Shown here one piece after another: positions 11,121 to 20,434 of a stretch of DNA of 64,000 nucleotides. The notes under the pieces were generated by a model. It ran no database searches, was not told the origin of the DNA, and saw only the letters and a list, made by a program, of their open reading frames with translations. The position numbers were made by a program, and so were the translations under genes. The DNA comes from Vulcanimicrobiota bacterium (GTDB taxonomy: Bacteria; Vulcanimicrobiota; Vulcanimicrobiia; Vulcanimicrobiales; Vulcanimicrobiaceae), in the NCBI GenBank assembly GCA_963812155.1, contig CAWETW010000001.1, positions 576,001-640,000 of the forward strand. The letters are read 5' to 3'. The stretch's first letter is position 1. Each line of letters begins with the position of its first letter.

Positions 11121-11478
11121 CGTGCATCGCTGACTGAACCTCAACGTGCACTGAGTCTTGTACAGAACCCCAATGTAGTTCAAGCACGAGCTCTGGCAAT
11201 GTACCTCGAACGCAGCGGCTTACGCGACTCTCCAAATTGGCGTGGTGCGATGATTACTTCTGTTGTGCGACGCAAGCGACCTTGAAAACCCGCTCCAGGA
11301 TACCGCGCGGCTCGATCGCTCAAGCGGTGGTTGCGCGATTGTGCGCGCCCCATGCCAGATAGTGCACGGCGTTACACTGTCCGTCCGACTGCTTATAGTT
11401 CGGACGACGCGAGCCACCCTGGCGCGTCTCCCTGGAGCGCCTGGCTTTCCCCTTGCCCCGGCGTGGGTCGCACTATTT

Positions 11479-11683
11479 CACGTGACTCGTTTGAGGGGAC
11501 GCCCCACCCCCGCTCGTACGCGCGCGCGAGCGGTACCTAACGGATTCCGCGTCGTCCTTAACGGCCACGGCCGAGTGCGAGATAACGTCGATTCCGTTGC
11601 GTTGGCAGCCTTGCTCCGCTCCTGCTATGGGAATCGCCCCGCAACCCGATTGCCCCAACGCCGGCCGCGCGATTCCACGTGAC
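11479..11683 (+). repeat. Dispersed close copy of the 7000-7210 repeat unit
   Basis: Shares TACCTAAC.GATTCCGCGTCGTCCTT, GCGAGATAACGT.GATTCCGTTGCGTTGGCAGCCTTGCTCCG and ATTGCCCCAACGCC.GCCGCGCGATTCCACGTGAC with the first unit. Confidence 0.85.
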
Positions 11684-11737
11684 GTCCTTGGCCGCCACTA
11701 CGAGCGATTCTGTTATCCCGCATCGCTCCTTCGACGA

Positions 11738-12964
11738 CTAGAAGAAATGGAGGACATGTTCGTGGCCGCCCGTTGTGATTTTGAAAACTGCGCCTTGCTC
11801 GTTTGGCCCTCCGGCTTCCAGCGTGCCGTAAAGCTTACCGCCAGCGTACAAGAGCGGCGCGACCGGGGTGCGTCCATCGTTGGCGTTGTCGCGGAAGCTA
11901 CGAAGTATCGTGTCATTTCCGCCGGCAAGCGGCTCGGAGAAAACGGTGCCCCAGTGGTGCTGGCCGCCGCCTATCGTCGTGCCGTATAGGGTGTTGCCCA
12001 CATTTACGAGACCCGCGATTGGATCTTCTCCGTCCCCTGACTGGGCCCCCTGAGCATCGAAGCTATGCAGGACGGTTTCGCTTCCGGTCGTCGTGGCTTG
12101 GAATACCGTACCAAAATCTTCTGGGCCGCCCTGGACCGTCGTCCCATATAACAGGCCTCCAACGGCAATCACATCGCCTTCCGGAAGTGAACCGTCAGCG
12201 CTTCCGCCCTGAAAACTGTAGATCACGCCTTCGCTGCTGGGCGGAGTAAACTGGAAGAGGGCCCCCCCGCCAAACGTCCCACCGCCTTCCGAACTGCCGT
12301 AAAATGCATTGCCTATTTTCACTAGTCCGTTTGGTCCGACGGCATCCGGTGTTGACTGAAAGCTATAGAGCGGCGTGAACACACCGCCGGTCGTGATACT
12401 AAAGATCGTTCCCTGCGAGTTACTGCCGCCCGAGCGCGTCGTGCCATAAAGCACTCCACCGTCGTTGAAGAGACGGCCGCGGGGTCCGTCGCCATCGGTG
12501 CCAGCAAAATCGTGCAGTATCGAAAAATGATTGGTGCTGAGATTGTACTTGAAGATACTTCCGTAGCCGAGATCTCCCGCCCAAAGCACGCCGTACAAGC
12601 AGCAGCCGACATGAGTCAAAGTCGATGGAAAGTATCCTTCGAACGGAGCAAAGTCATGCAGCGTCATTTCCGATCCCGTCGTCGTGATTTGGAAAATAAC
12701 GCCGTCGTTATTGGCGCCGCCGTTGGCGGTTGTGCCGTATAGATAAGTACCTACCTTGACTAATCCCGCTTCAGGGCAAGTTCCATCCGGAATTGCGAAC
12801 TTAGCTCCCTTTTTGGCGCCTTCGCACTCGAGGTGCGGACGAACGTTAGGCAGGTTAGTGGACTGTTTAGCAACGAGCAGACCGTTTGCACCACACGCGC
12901 TGAACATCAGACACATTGCGGCGAGTAGCGCTCGGCTTCCAAAGCGATAGGCGAGCAAATGCAT
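11738..12964 (-). CDS. Choice-of-anchor tandem repeat GloVer-containing (beta-propeller-like) lipoprotein
   Basis: Signal peptide with FSAC lipobox-like site; repeated LYGTT..GG...GTVF and LHxF motifs. Confidence 0.85.
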   Translation of the reverse strand: MHLLAYRFGSRALLAAMCLMFSACGANGLLVAKQSTNLPNVRPHLECEGAKKGAKFAIPDGTCPEAGLVKVGTYLYGTTANGGANNDGVIFQITTTGSEMTLHDFAPFEGYFPSTLTHVGCCLYGVLWAGDLGYGSIFKYNLSTNHFSILHDFAGTDGDGPRGRLFNDGGVLYGTTRSGGSNSQGTIFSITTGGVFTPLYSFQSTPDAVGPNGLVKIGNAFYGSSEGGGTFGGGALFQFTPPSSEGVIYSFQGGSADGSLPEGDVIAVGGLLYGTTVQGGPEDFGTVFQATTTGSETVLHSFDAQGAQSGDGEDPIAGLVNVGNTLYGTTIGGGQHHWGTVFSEPLAGGNDTILRSFRDNANDGRTPVAPLLYAGGKLYGTLEAGGPNEQGAVFKITTGGHEHVLHFF

Positions 12965-13320
12965 TTATTTCTCCCGAGATAAGCAAGTAGCCACTAGACC
13001 GTTCGGCCCCCCGCCGCGCGGAGCCTGTGAGACCACGCTCGTTAGCGCGTCGGAGCAACTCGGCAGCGGTCATACTTCCACTTCGGTTAGATCATCGTCG
13101 GAGCTGACGAAGGCGCTAAGTGGACTAACATTGCCAGATACATCCTTGGCACTCTTAGGCGCCCTTAGCAGCCACTCGCCGGTGCTGGCAAGTCCGCCGA
13201 CTCGTTCCAAAACAACCCCGAGCATCTTGCGCGCGCGATTGATAGTGCGCTTCGAAAAGCCCTCAGCCTCGGCTTCCTCAGCGATTGCGCGAGACGAGCG
13301 GGGTCCGTTTCACTCCGGCC

Positions 13321-13480
13321 ACCGCCCTCCCCCTCGTGCGCGTCGAGCGCGCGCGCGTAACCAACCGCATTCGACTGAACCCATTCCCCCAAAACGTGGT
13401 TGTCGATCGCCCGCGACTCGTTTGAGAGCGCCGCGCAACCGCTCGTGTGAGGGTGCCCCCACCTCACTCGTGCGCGCGCG
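13321..13480 (+). repeat. Degenerate partial copy of the same repeat family
   Basis: CCCCTCGTGCGCG..GCGCGCGCG, GACTCGTTTGAG and GAGGGTGCCCCCACC..CTCGTGCGCGCGCG. Confidence 0.55.
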
Positions 13481-13747
13481 TTATCTGCGTGTCCCCGAAC
13501 GGCGCTCGCAACCCGCTCGCCCGAACTAGCCTATCTCCACGTCTACGCGACTAGCCCGGTGATCCCCAAAGAGGATTCAGCTTCACATAAAGAACCCAAG
13601 ACTTGATAAAAAACTTGGTGCGTCGCCCAAGCTGGAGGATCTCTTGGACAGAGACCTAACTCGAAGCGCTTCAATCTACAACGTTACAAGCGCTCGACAA
13701 TTGGCGTCTATTCTACGGTAGGCATAAGGTACGGATAAGAGATACCA

Positions 13748-14116
13748 ATGAATGACTCGTTTCTGGATCGTCTCCCAGAACCGCAGCGTGGCCAGATCAA
13801 ACTATCGATTGCAATCGCTGGCTATCGCGCCGAGATTGCGGCCAAGGCTCCGCTTATGAAGTCTTTGTTCGACATCATCCCGGTCGCCAGGAGGAAAACC
13901 GAAGCGCTCTCGCACGAGATTGCCCCCATGCTCGATACGATTGAGACCACTCGTAAGCTTTTTGAGGAGCCATTTTACAAGACCAAAATATACGAGATGG
14001 GTGCAAACCGTAATCTCTATACCGACTCAGGCGCCGCCATCATCTTACTAGCTGATGCGGCGATAGATCGCCTCTACCCATCAAGTTCGCGTCTCGCTCT
14101 TCTCCCGGGGCGCTGA
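13748..14116 (+). CDS. Hypothetical protein
   Basis: 122-aa ATG-started ORF in a lower-GC stretch. Confidence 0.5.
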   Translation: MNDSFLDRLPEPQRGQIKLSIAIAGYRAEIAAKAPLMKSLFDIIPVARRKTEALSHEIAPMLDTIETTRKLFEEPFYKTKIYEMGANRNLYTDSGAAIILLADAAIDRLYPSSSRLALLPGR

Positions 14117-14469
14117 AACCTATGTTTCCGGGATACGAACGGCGCAGGCCATCTCCTCACTCGCAAACCAGTATAAGCACCTTGGAGAGTGGCTCCAGGG
14201 TCCGACCATAATGTCTAAGGATCGGATCACTGTTGGCTCGCTCGTTGGCGATTCGCTGAAGCCGGATGCATCGGCCGAGTTCCTCAGCAGGGGGTTTATC
14301 GAGTACAGTCAGCTCGAAGATGCGCTAATTTCGTGCGCCGACGATATCGTGACTGACGGCGCTATCCCGGCTCGAGGTCGCGCGGGCGTACCGGCAATTA
14401 CGATGCGTCCAGCAGACCAAACATGAACGTAGGCAAATCGATTGAGCACGCTGGCTTCGATGCTCGGCA

Positions 14470-15016
14470 CGAGGTGCTCGCGCAACTGCCGTTCAATCGC
14501 GGCCACCGATTGGTCGAGAACTTTCGACTGCTTGGCGTGCAATCGCGCAAGCTCTTTACTGACGTGAATCTGGCTGACGATCTGCGAACGCCGCGTGCGG
14601 TCGTCGATCAACTGCGCCCGATAGCTCAACAAGCCGCGCAGCTCGAGGATCTCCGGCGCCGGCGGGCTCCAGCGATCCGGCTTTTGCGTTTTGCAGAACT
14701 CCGCGATCATCTCCGCATCGACTCGATCGGTCTTGGTACGTCGCAGTTGGCTGCGAGCGAAGTGCACCGTCCGAGCCGGATTGACGACGCTGACCTCAAG
14801 GCCGGCCTCGTGCAAGGCACAAGCCAAGCCCATCCAATAGGCGCCGGTGGCCTCCATGCACACGTGCACCTTGGTGCAGCCGCGATTGCGCAGCCACGTG
14901 CGCAGACGCCGATAGCCGGCCGGAGCATTGGGGAAGCTGTTTTTCGCCTGTTTCTTACCCTGGATCAGACACCCGTGAAAGTCGGCCTTCGAGATGTCGA
15001 TTCCCAACACGTCCAC
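14470..15016 (-). pseudogene. IS110-family transposase, N-terminal RuvC-like DEDD domain only
   Basis: GIDISK, CMEATGAYW, VVNP, KTDRVDA motifs; GTG start after GGAGGGGAG; no C-terminal Tnp domain. Confidence 0.85.
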
Positions 15017-15019
15017 CGA

Positions 15020-15230
15020 GGAACTCTCCCCTCCCACGATGTAGCGAACCTCAATCGACCTCATACATTCGGGTTCAGCTCTGGAGCGACCCACGATACC
15101 GTTCGACATGGTTCGCCGGTAAAAGTTGGTGCGAGCGCCGATCTGAGCGACGGGCTGAAAATGCCCACGGATGACAACGGCGCTCTGACACCGCGTAGGG
15201 GATAGCATCTATGTCTATCCCCTACCTCTC
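15020..15230 (-). ncRNA. Candidate IS110 bridge RNA
   Basis: Position upstream of an IS110 recombinase; perfect 11-bp hairpin GTAGGGGATAG/CTATCCCCTAC at 15195-15225; further stems such as GGGC..GCCC. Confidence 0.55.
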
Positions 15231-15255
15231 AAGATATGAGGATGACACGGCATAG

Positions 15256-16023
15256 CTAGTCTTGGCGGAGGAGCCGGTAAAATCCGCGGCTCTCAGAGAA
15301 CGTGACCTTGCTGCCGAGCCACTGCTCTCGCGGAATGCGGCGGCGCTCACGACGGCTGCCGACGCCTTCGCGTGAAGAGTAGCGCGCCGCTGCGAGCTGC
15401 CCCGTCTTTTGCGTCCAGCCGCTTCCACCGGTGATGCTGAAGGTGCCGATATAGCCGCCGCCCAGCAGTTGGAACGGCTGCGTAATGCGCTGCTGTCTGT
15501 CGAACTGGGTGCTCGACGGCTTTCGAAACGATTCAAACCATGCGGGATAGACGAAATCCGAGACGAGCACGCCGTCGATCTCGTAGCCGTATTGATCGTC
15601 CTCGCACGCATCGCAGATTTCGTAGGCGTAGAGCGTACCCGTCGTCGCGTCGGTTTGGGCGAAGGCTGTCAGCGTGATATCGGGATCGGCCAGCATCTCC
15701 AACATTTCGTGACTGACCGTCACGCTCCAGCTCGCTTTATTCTGAATGTCCCCTGCTGCGAACACTTTCGCCAAGGGCAGGCCCTCGTTGGTCAAATCGT
15801 GGTATCCGAGCGACCCGGCTTGATCGGCGTTGTCGAGCACGGTAATCCACCAGCTTCCGGCCGGCGGCGTTGCGCTTTGCGAATAGAACGACAGCGTCGC
15901 GGTGGAGCCGTACGCCGGCGCAAAATCCTGGGTCACCTGTTTTTGCAAGGCCGGAACGATGGCTTGAACGTCTGCATCCTTCAAGACGGTGCTCGCATTA
16001 ATGATCGCGATGTTCGCGGACAT
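15256..16023 (-). CDS. Hypothetical zincin-like protein (HExxE motif)
   Basis: GYHD, SHEMLEMLADP, EICDACE, VSDFVYPAWF motifs; GGAGG RBS. Confidence 0.75.
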   Translation of the reverse strand: MSANIAIINASTVLKDADVQAIVPALQKQVTQDFAPAYGSTATLSFYSQSATPPAGSWWITVLDNADQAGSLGYHDLTNEGLPLAKVFAAGDIQNKASWSVTVSHEMLEMLADPDITLTAFAQTDATTGTLYAYEICDACEDDQYGYEIDGVLVSDFVYPAWFESFRKPSSTQFDRQQRITQPFQLLGGGYIGTFSITGGSGWTQKTGQLAAARYSSREGVGSRRERRRIPREQWLGSKVTFSESRGFYRLLRQD

Positions 16024-16150
16024 TCGTCACACCTCCGTAGCTCGCGCGATGCGGATGGATTTCTCCCGAGCAGCCGAGCAGGACCTGCGCAATCGTCGCA
16101 AAACGCTCTCTTGAAAGAGCCGAATGCCGGACTCGAAGGAGGCGTTCTCC

Positions 16151-17179
16151 ATGACACCTTTCTTGACCGCAATCGTCGGGCTCATCGGCGTGTACGTGGC
16201 ATTCGCGCTGGCAGCGTCGTGGATCAACGAGCAAATCGCCACGGCACTGCAACTCCGCGCTAAAACGCTCATTGCCGGGGTCCGCGCGATGATCGGCGAT
16301 AGCGCGGCTGCCGACTTCTTCAATCACCCGCTGATCGCTTCGCTCGCGGATACAAAGGGGCAATCGCGAAGCCGGTGGCGCGCACTCACCGGCCTAACGT
16401 TCGAGAATCAGCGCATACCGGACGCGGCGGCGACGCCGCCCAGCGACGACGCCAAGGCGCTCAAGGTACCCGCGTACGTGAGCGCCGAGCACTTCGCCGC
16501 GGTGATCGTCGACGTGCTGCGCAAATCCCCGAACCCCAACGCGGCCGCAACCTTCGGCTTGACGGCCGGCGACGTGGCCGCGGGGATCAACGCGCTCGGC
16601 GGCGCGAATAATCCGTACAAACCGCTGTACGACGTCCTCCTTCCGATTTGGAACGACGCGCGCGCCGACTACGACACCTTCGTTGCGGGATTGTGTTCGT
16701 GGTACGACAGCCACATGGACCGCGTTAGCGGCTGGTACAAGCGCAGCGCCCAAACGATACTCGTCTACATCGCCTTGTTCATCGCCATCGGTCTCAACGT
16801 CGACTCGGTGAAGATCGTTCAAGAGCTACAAAAAAATACGGCGCTGGCGAACAACCTTGCCGCGACGACGCTCGCGTACTATCAAACCCACGCGACGCAG
16901 ACGCCGTCGCCTTCGGCCTCGCCGTCACCGTCGCTGCCGTGCAACGCGGATTGCCAAACGGAACTCTCGCAACTCCCCATCGGGTGGACGCCGGCTCGAT
17001 TGAAAGACGGCACGCAATCGTTGGCGGCGGTGCTGCTGAAGCTTTTCGGGTTCCTCATTACGACCCTCGCAATTTTGCTCGGCGCCCCATTCTGGTTCGA
17101 TCTCTTGGGCACGATCGTCAACGTTCGCTCGGCCGGACACAAGCCGGCTCCGAGCGATTCTGCGAGCGGTTCGTCGTGA
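16151..17179 (+). CDS. Conserved hypothetical membrane protein (GAPFWFD family)
   Basis: Three hydrophobic segments; WYDSHMDRVSGWYKR and LLGAPFWFDLL; AAGGAGG RBS. Confidence 0.85.
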   Translation: MTPFLTAIVGLIGVYVAFALAASWINEQIATALQLRAKTLIAGVRAMIGDSAAADFFNHPLIASLADTKGQSRSRWRALTGLTFENQRIPDAAATPPSDDAKALKVPAYVSAEHFAAVIVDVLRKSPNPNAAATFGLTAGDVAAGINALGGANNPYKPLYDVLLPIWNDARADYDTFVAGLCSWYDSHMDRVSGWYKRSAQTILVYIALFIAIGLNVDSVKIVQELQKNTALANNLAATTLAYYQTHATQTPSPSASPSPSLPCNADCQTELSQLPIGWTPARLKDGTQSLAAVLLKLFGFLITTLAILLGAPFWFDLLGTIVNVRSAGHKPAPSDSASGSS

Positions 17180-18219
17180 GCCTGCGCGCGCTCGTTCTGG
17201 GAGCCGGCGGCGCGCAGGGCGCTTACGAAGCCGGCGCAGTTGCGGCGCTTTGCCAAAACGGCGAGTTCGATATCGTCGCCGGCACGGCGGCCGGTGCCGT
17301 CAATGCGGCGTTGGCCGCGCAAGGCGACGCAGCGGCGCTGGAAACGTTGTGGCTGTCCTTACCGGGGCGCAAGCTGGTCGCGCCGATTTCCGTTCAAAGC
17401 AGTTTCGAGGCATTTCTCAATGCCTTCGCCGAGTGGCACACGCTGCCGTCGAGCGCGCAGGCAACGTATGCGCCGCGCTTGATCCTCTTGTGGTCGCAGA
17501 TCGGCTCGCCGCATGCATTGCTCTCGCTGCTCGGCGTGCTCGACCCCGCGCCGCTGGAGACGCTGCTGCGGCAGTTTGCGTCGTTCGAAAAAATCCGGAA
17601 CACGCTCATCGTCACCGCGAATACGCTCGCGATGGCGCCGGCCGCGTTCCACGTTTTTCGTGGCGACGCGATGCCGAACGAGCCGGCCTTTCAATCGGGC
17701 GCCGGAATAGAGACGCATGCGATGACGAACGATAGCTACGCCGGCGTGCTCCTCGCGTCGTCGGCCGTCCCCACGGCCTTCGCTCCAGTCGCGGTGAACG
17801 TCAATGGCACGCCGCAATTCTTTACCGGAGGCGCGGCGTGCGCGCCGATCGGGCTCGCGGTCGCCGCTGGTGCCGACGAGGTCGTCGTCGTGCGTTCGCG
17901 GCCTCCCGCCGATTCGGGCACCGGCGCGATTCCAGGAAATCTCGTCGAACTCGGCTTCGCGTCGCAAAGCGCGATGCTCGACGCGATCCTCGAAAACGAT
18001 TTACGCGCCGCCGGATTATGCAACGCCGCGCTCCTCAACGTGGCCAGCGCATGGCCTGCGGTGCAATCGCGACTCAAAGGAAAACGGCGGATTTCGCTCT
18101 TCTGCGTTCGTCCCGAAGTGCCGTTTACGATTGCGGCGAGCGATTTCTCAGATTCGGGCAAACTCAAAGCTGCCTACGACCAAGGCTTCCAAGACGGGCA
18201 ACACCCCCAGCCGTACTGA
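17176..18219 (+). CDS. Patatin-like phospholipase-fold protein with substituted catalytic dyad
   Basis: GAGGAQGAYEAG glycine loop, GTAAG in place of GxSxG, ASSAVP, FTGG in place of DGG; GTGA overlap with upstream gene. Confidence 0.85.
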   Translation: MSLRALVLGAGGAQGAYEAGAVAALCQNGEFDIVAGTAAGAVNAALAAQGDAAALETLWLSLPGRKLVAPISVQSSFEAFLNAFAEWHTLPSSAQATYAPRLILLWSQIGSPHALLSLLGVLDPAPLETLLRQFASFEKIRNTLIVTANTLAMAPAAFHVFRGDAMPNEPAFQSGAGIETHAMTNDSYAGVLLASSAVPTAFAPVAVNVNGTPQFFTGGAACAPIGLAVAAGADEVVVVRSRPPADSGTGAIPGNLVELGFASQSAMLDAILENDLRAAGLCNAALLNVASAWPAVQSRLKGKRRISLFCVRPEVPFTIAASDFSDSGKLKAAYDQGFQDGQHPQPY

Positions 18220-18246
18220 GCGAAGGCCGCCGGCTGCGCGGTTTTC

Positions 18247-19269
18247 TTACGCGTCGAGAACGGTTTGCCAGCCGGCCCAGCAGGTTTCGCGCCGTCCCAT
18301 CGTCTCGCCGAGGTGCGTGCGGGCGTTTTCGGCGACGCGGCGGTGCTCCGCCGGATTCATCGCGAGAATGCTCGCGTAGTAACTCATTTCGTCGGAGCTC
18401 GATCCCATGTAGCCGGTTTCGCCGTGCACGACGAACTCGGGGAACGCAAAGTCGCGCTCGACCACGGCCACCGCGCCGTACGCATAGGCCTCGAACAAGA
18501 CGCGCGGACAGTTTTCGCGCGAGCCGCCCGTCTTGTGAATCATCGTATCGATCGTATCGAAGAATTGCTCCGCCGAAATCGAGTTCGGCGACCACGTTTG
18601 CCAGTCGAGCGTCGCCGGCGCGCGGCCGATTCGGCCGGCCGCCTTCGGACCGTAGCCGAGGATGTACACCTTCTTCTTCACGCCGCTAGGCACGAGCACG
18701 CGTTCGAAAATGCGCCAGGTGTCGGCGGCGTATTTATTGGCGTCGTCGCGCGACACGCGTCCGATCCGATAGAACTCCTTCCACGGCCGATAGCGCCACT
18801 CGATGCGGGCGGTGTTGAAATACGGCGTGTAGGGGAAGCTCCGCACGACCGGCGCGATTTGCTCGAGTTGCGGCGTCAGCATGTTTCGCTGATACTGGCT
18901 CTGGAAGCCGAAGTAATCGATCCAGCCGTTGCGATGCGCCTCTTTCTCGCGCTCGAACAGCCACGTCATACAGTTGAACCAAATGACTCTGCGAGGCCGG
19001 CCGGCTTCGACGATCGCCGGCAGATGCTCCAGAAACCGGCCGTTGCAGAAACTGACTACCGTGCGGTCTTTGAAGACGTCGTCACGATAGGCGTGCACCG
19101 TGCAGCCGCGCTCCACCACCGTGGCTTTCATGCGCTCGTCGCAGCCGAACATCGGCACCAAATGCAATTCGACGCCGTAGGAAACGAGCAAATCGATGAG
19201 GTGATCGAGTTCCGTATCGGCGCCGCCGTAGAACGAGGGAAAGCCGGCGACCCATATCTCGCGCGGCAC
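18247..19269 (-). CDS. GT-B fold glycosyltransferase (GT4-like)
   Basis: N-terminal YGGADTE; ENCPRVLFEAYAYG (Ex7E); EFVVHGETGY. Confidence 0.85.
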   Translation of the reverse strand: MPREIWVAGFPSFYGGADTELDHLIDLLVSYGVELHLVPMFGCDERMKATVVERGCTVHAYRDDVFKDRTVVSFCNGRFLEHLPAIVEAGRPRRVIWFNCMTWLFEREKEAHRNGWIDYFGFQSQYQRNMLTPQLEQIAPVVRSFPYTPYFNTARIEWRYRPWKEFYRIGRVSRDDANKYAADTWRIFERVLVPSGVKKKVYILGYGPKAAGRIGRAPATLDWQTWSPNSISAEQFFDTIDTMIHKTGGSRENCPRVLFEAYAYGAVAVVERDFAFPEFVVHGETGYMGSSSDEMSYYASILAMNPAEHRRVAENARTHLGETMGRRETCWAGWQTVLDA

Positions 19270-19302
19270 TACGCTACACCCAGAAGCGCACCAGTGCCTT
19301 CG

Positions 19303-20271
19303 CTAGGGTTTCGATTTTCGCGACGGCGGTGGTTTGCCGGCGCTCGACGACGGCGACGCGCTCGAACTGCTGCCGGCAGCATTCCCGTTGGGCGGCGCCG
19401 CAGCGGCGTTCGACTGCAGATTCGGAATCGCGCCGAACGACAGCGACACGGTCGAAAGCGTGTTGGGATCGGGCAGTGCGGTCGGATCGGGAAAGACGAG
19501 TTGCGCTTCGGCGGTTCCCGAACTGCGGTCGACGCTCAACAACGCCTTCACTTGAACGTTGAGGTTCGTCAGCGTCGTCTGCACGCCGGGACTCCCCAGC
19601 GCCGCGGTCTGGACTTGATCGAGCACGCCTTTCAACGATTGCGCGACTTCCAACGGCGACGCAGTCTGTGGGCCGGACGGCGTCCCAGCTTGCGCTTGCG
19701 CCGCCGAAAGGCTCGCCTGCAGCCTCGTAATTTGGGCGTTCTGGTCGGCGATCGTGTTACTCAGCGCCGCGTTTTGCGTGTTGAGCGTGCCGACTTGCGA
19801 CTGGGTGTCGCTCAACTGCGATTGCAAGGTGCTGTTCGCCGCATCTTGGTTCGTGATGAAGGTGCGCAGGTTCGCGACCGTACCGGAGATCGCCGGTGCC
19901 GCGCCGGCGACCGTCGAGAGCGTGTTCATGATGTCGGTGATGTTCGGAATGATCGTGAAGCTGACCGTTTTCGAGGCCACCGCCGGAGACGGATTCGAAA
20001 CGGCGATCGAAGCCGAGCCGACGGCGGCGATGTCGGTCGCCAGAATGGCGGCCGTGACCTGCGTCGTGCCGACGAACGTCGTGGCGCGTGCCGCGCCGTT
20101 CCACGTCACCGTCGAACCCGTCGTAAATCCGCTGCCCGTGACGGTAAGGGTAAAGGCCGGACCGCCGACCGTGGCACCGGATGGTGCGACGGACCCGATC
20201 GCCGGCGCCAAAAGGAACGGATGGATATTTATCCCGGTTGTAACGCCGATTAAATTCTCTTCTTCGGCCAC
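19303..20271 (-). CDS. IPT/TIG Ig-like domain + coiled coil + small C-terminal alpha/beta domain, Ser-rich tail
   Basis: PAIGSVAPS..FTLTVTGSGF..STVTWNG; heptad Q/L/N stretch; GTG at 20271 after AGGAG. Confidence 0.8.
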   Translation of the reverse strand: MAEEENLIGVTTGINIHPFLLAPAIGSVAPSGATVGGPAFTLTVTGSGFTTGSTVTWNGAARATTFVGTTQVTAAILATDIAAVGSASIAVSNPSPAVASKTVSFTIIPNITDIMNTLSTVAGAAPAISGTVANLRTFITNQDAANSTLQSQLSDTQSQVGTLNTQNAALSNTIADQNAQITRLQASLSAAQAQAGTPSGPQTASPLEVAQSLKGVLDQVQTAALGSPGVQTTLTNLNVQVKALLSVDRSSGTAEAQLVFPDPTALPDPNTLSTVSLSFGAIPNLQSNAAAAPPNGNAAGSSSSASPSSSAGKPPPSRKSKP

Positions 20272-20434
20272 GAGATTCTCCTGAGGGTACCCACGACCCG
20301 GCCATCGGCGCCCTTCGTCGCTTACGCCCGCCTCTCCCTCGCCTCGTTGGCCACCGGCGCGCGAAAGAAAAGGCCCAATTGCGCCTCCGTCCCGAATCCA
20401 TTGTGGGAACCTCCCGCTCACATCGAGGCCGCCG

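Larger units (their letters stand above)
14470..15240 (-). mobile_element. Truncated IS110-family element (left non-coding end plus 5' half of recombinase gene)
   Basis: Transposase motifs plus ~220-bp structured non-coding leader; homology appears to stop near 14470. Confidence 0.8.

Noticed and set aside
14211..14470. C-terminal half of the IS110 transposase
   Set aside because: No IPGIG or SG catalytic motif seen after the breakpoint
18265..20253. 662-aa plus-strand ORF
   Set aside because: Arg-rich antisense shadow of the GT4 and IPT genes
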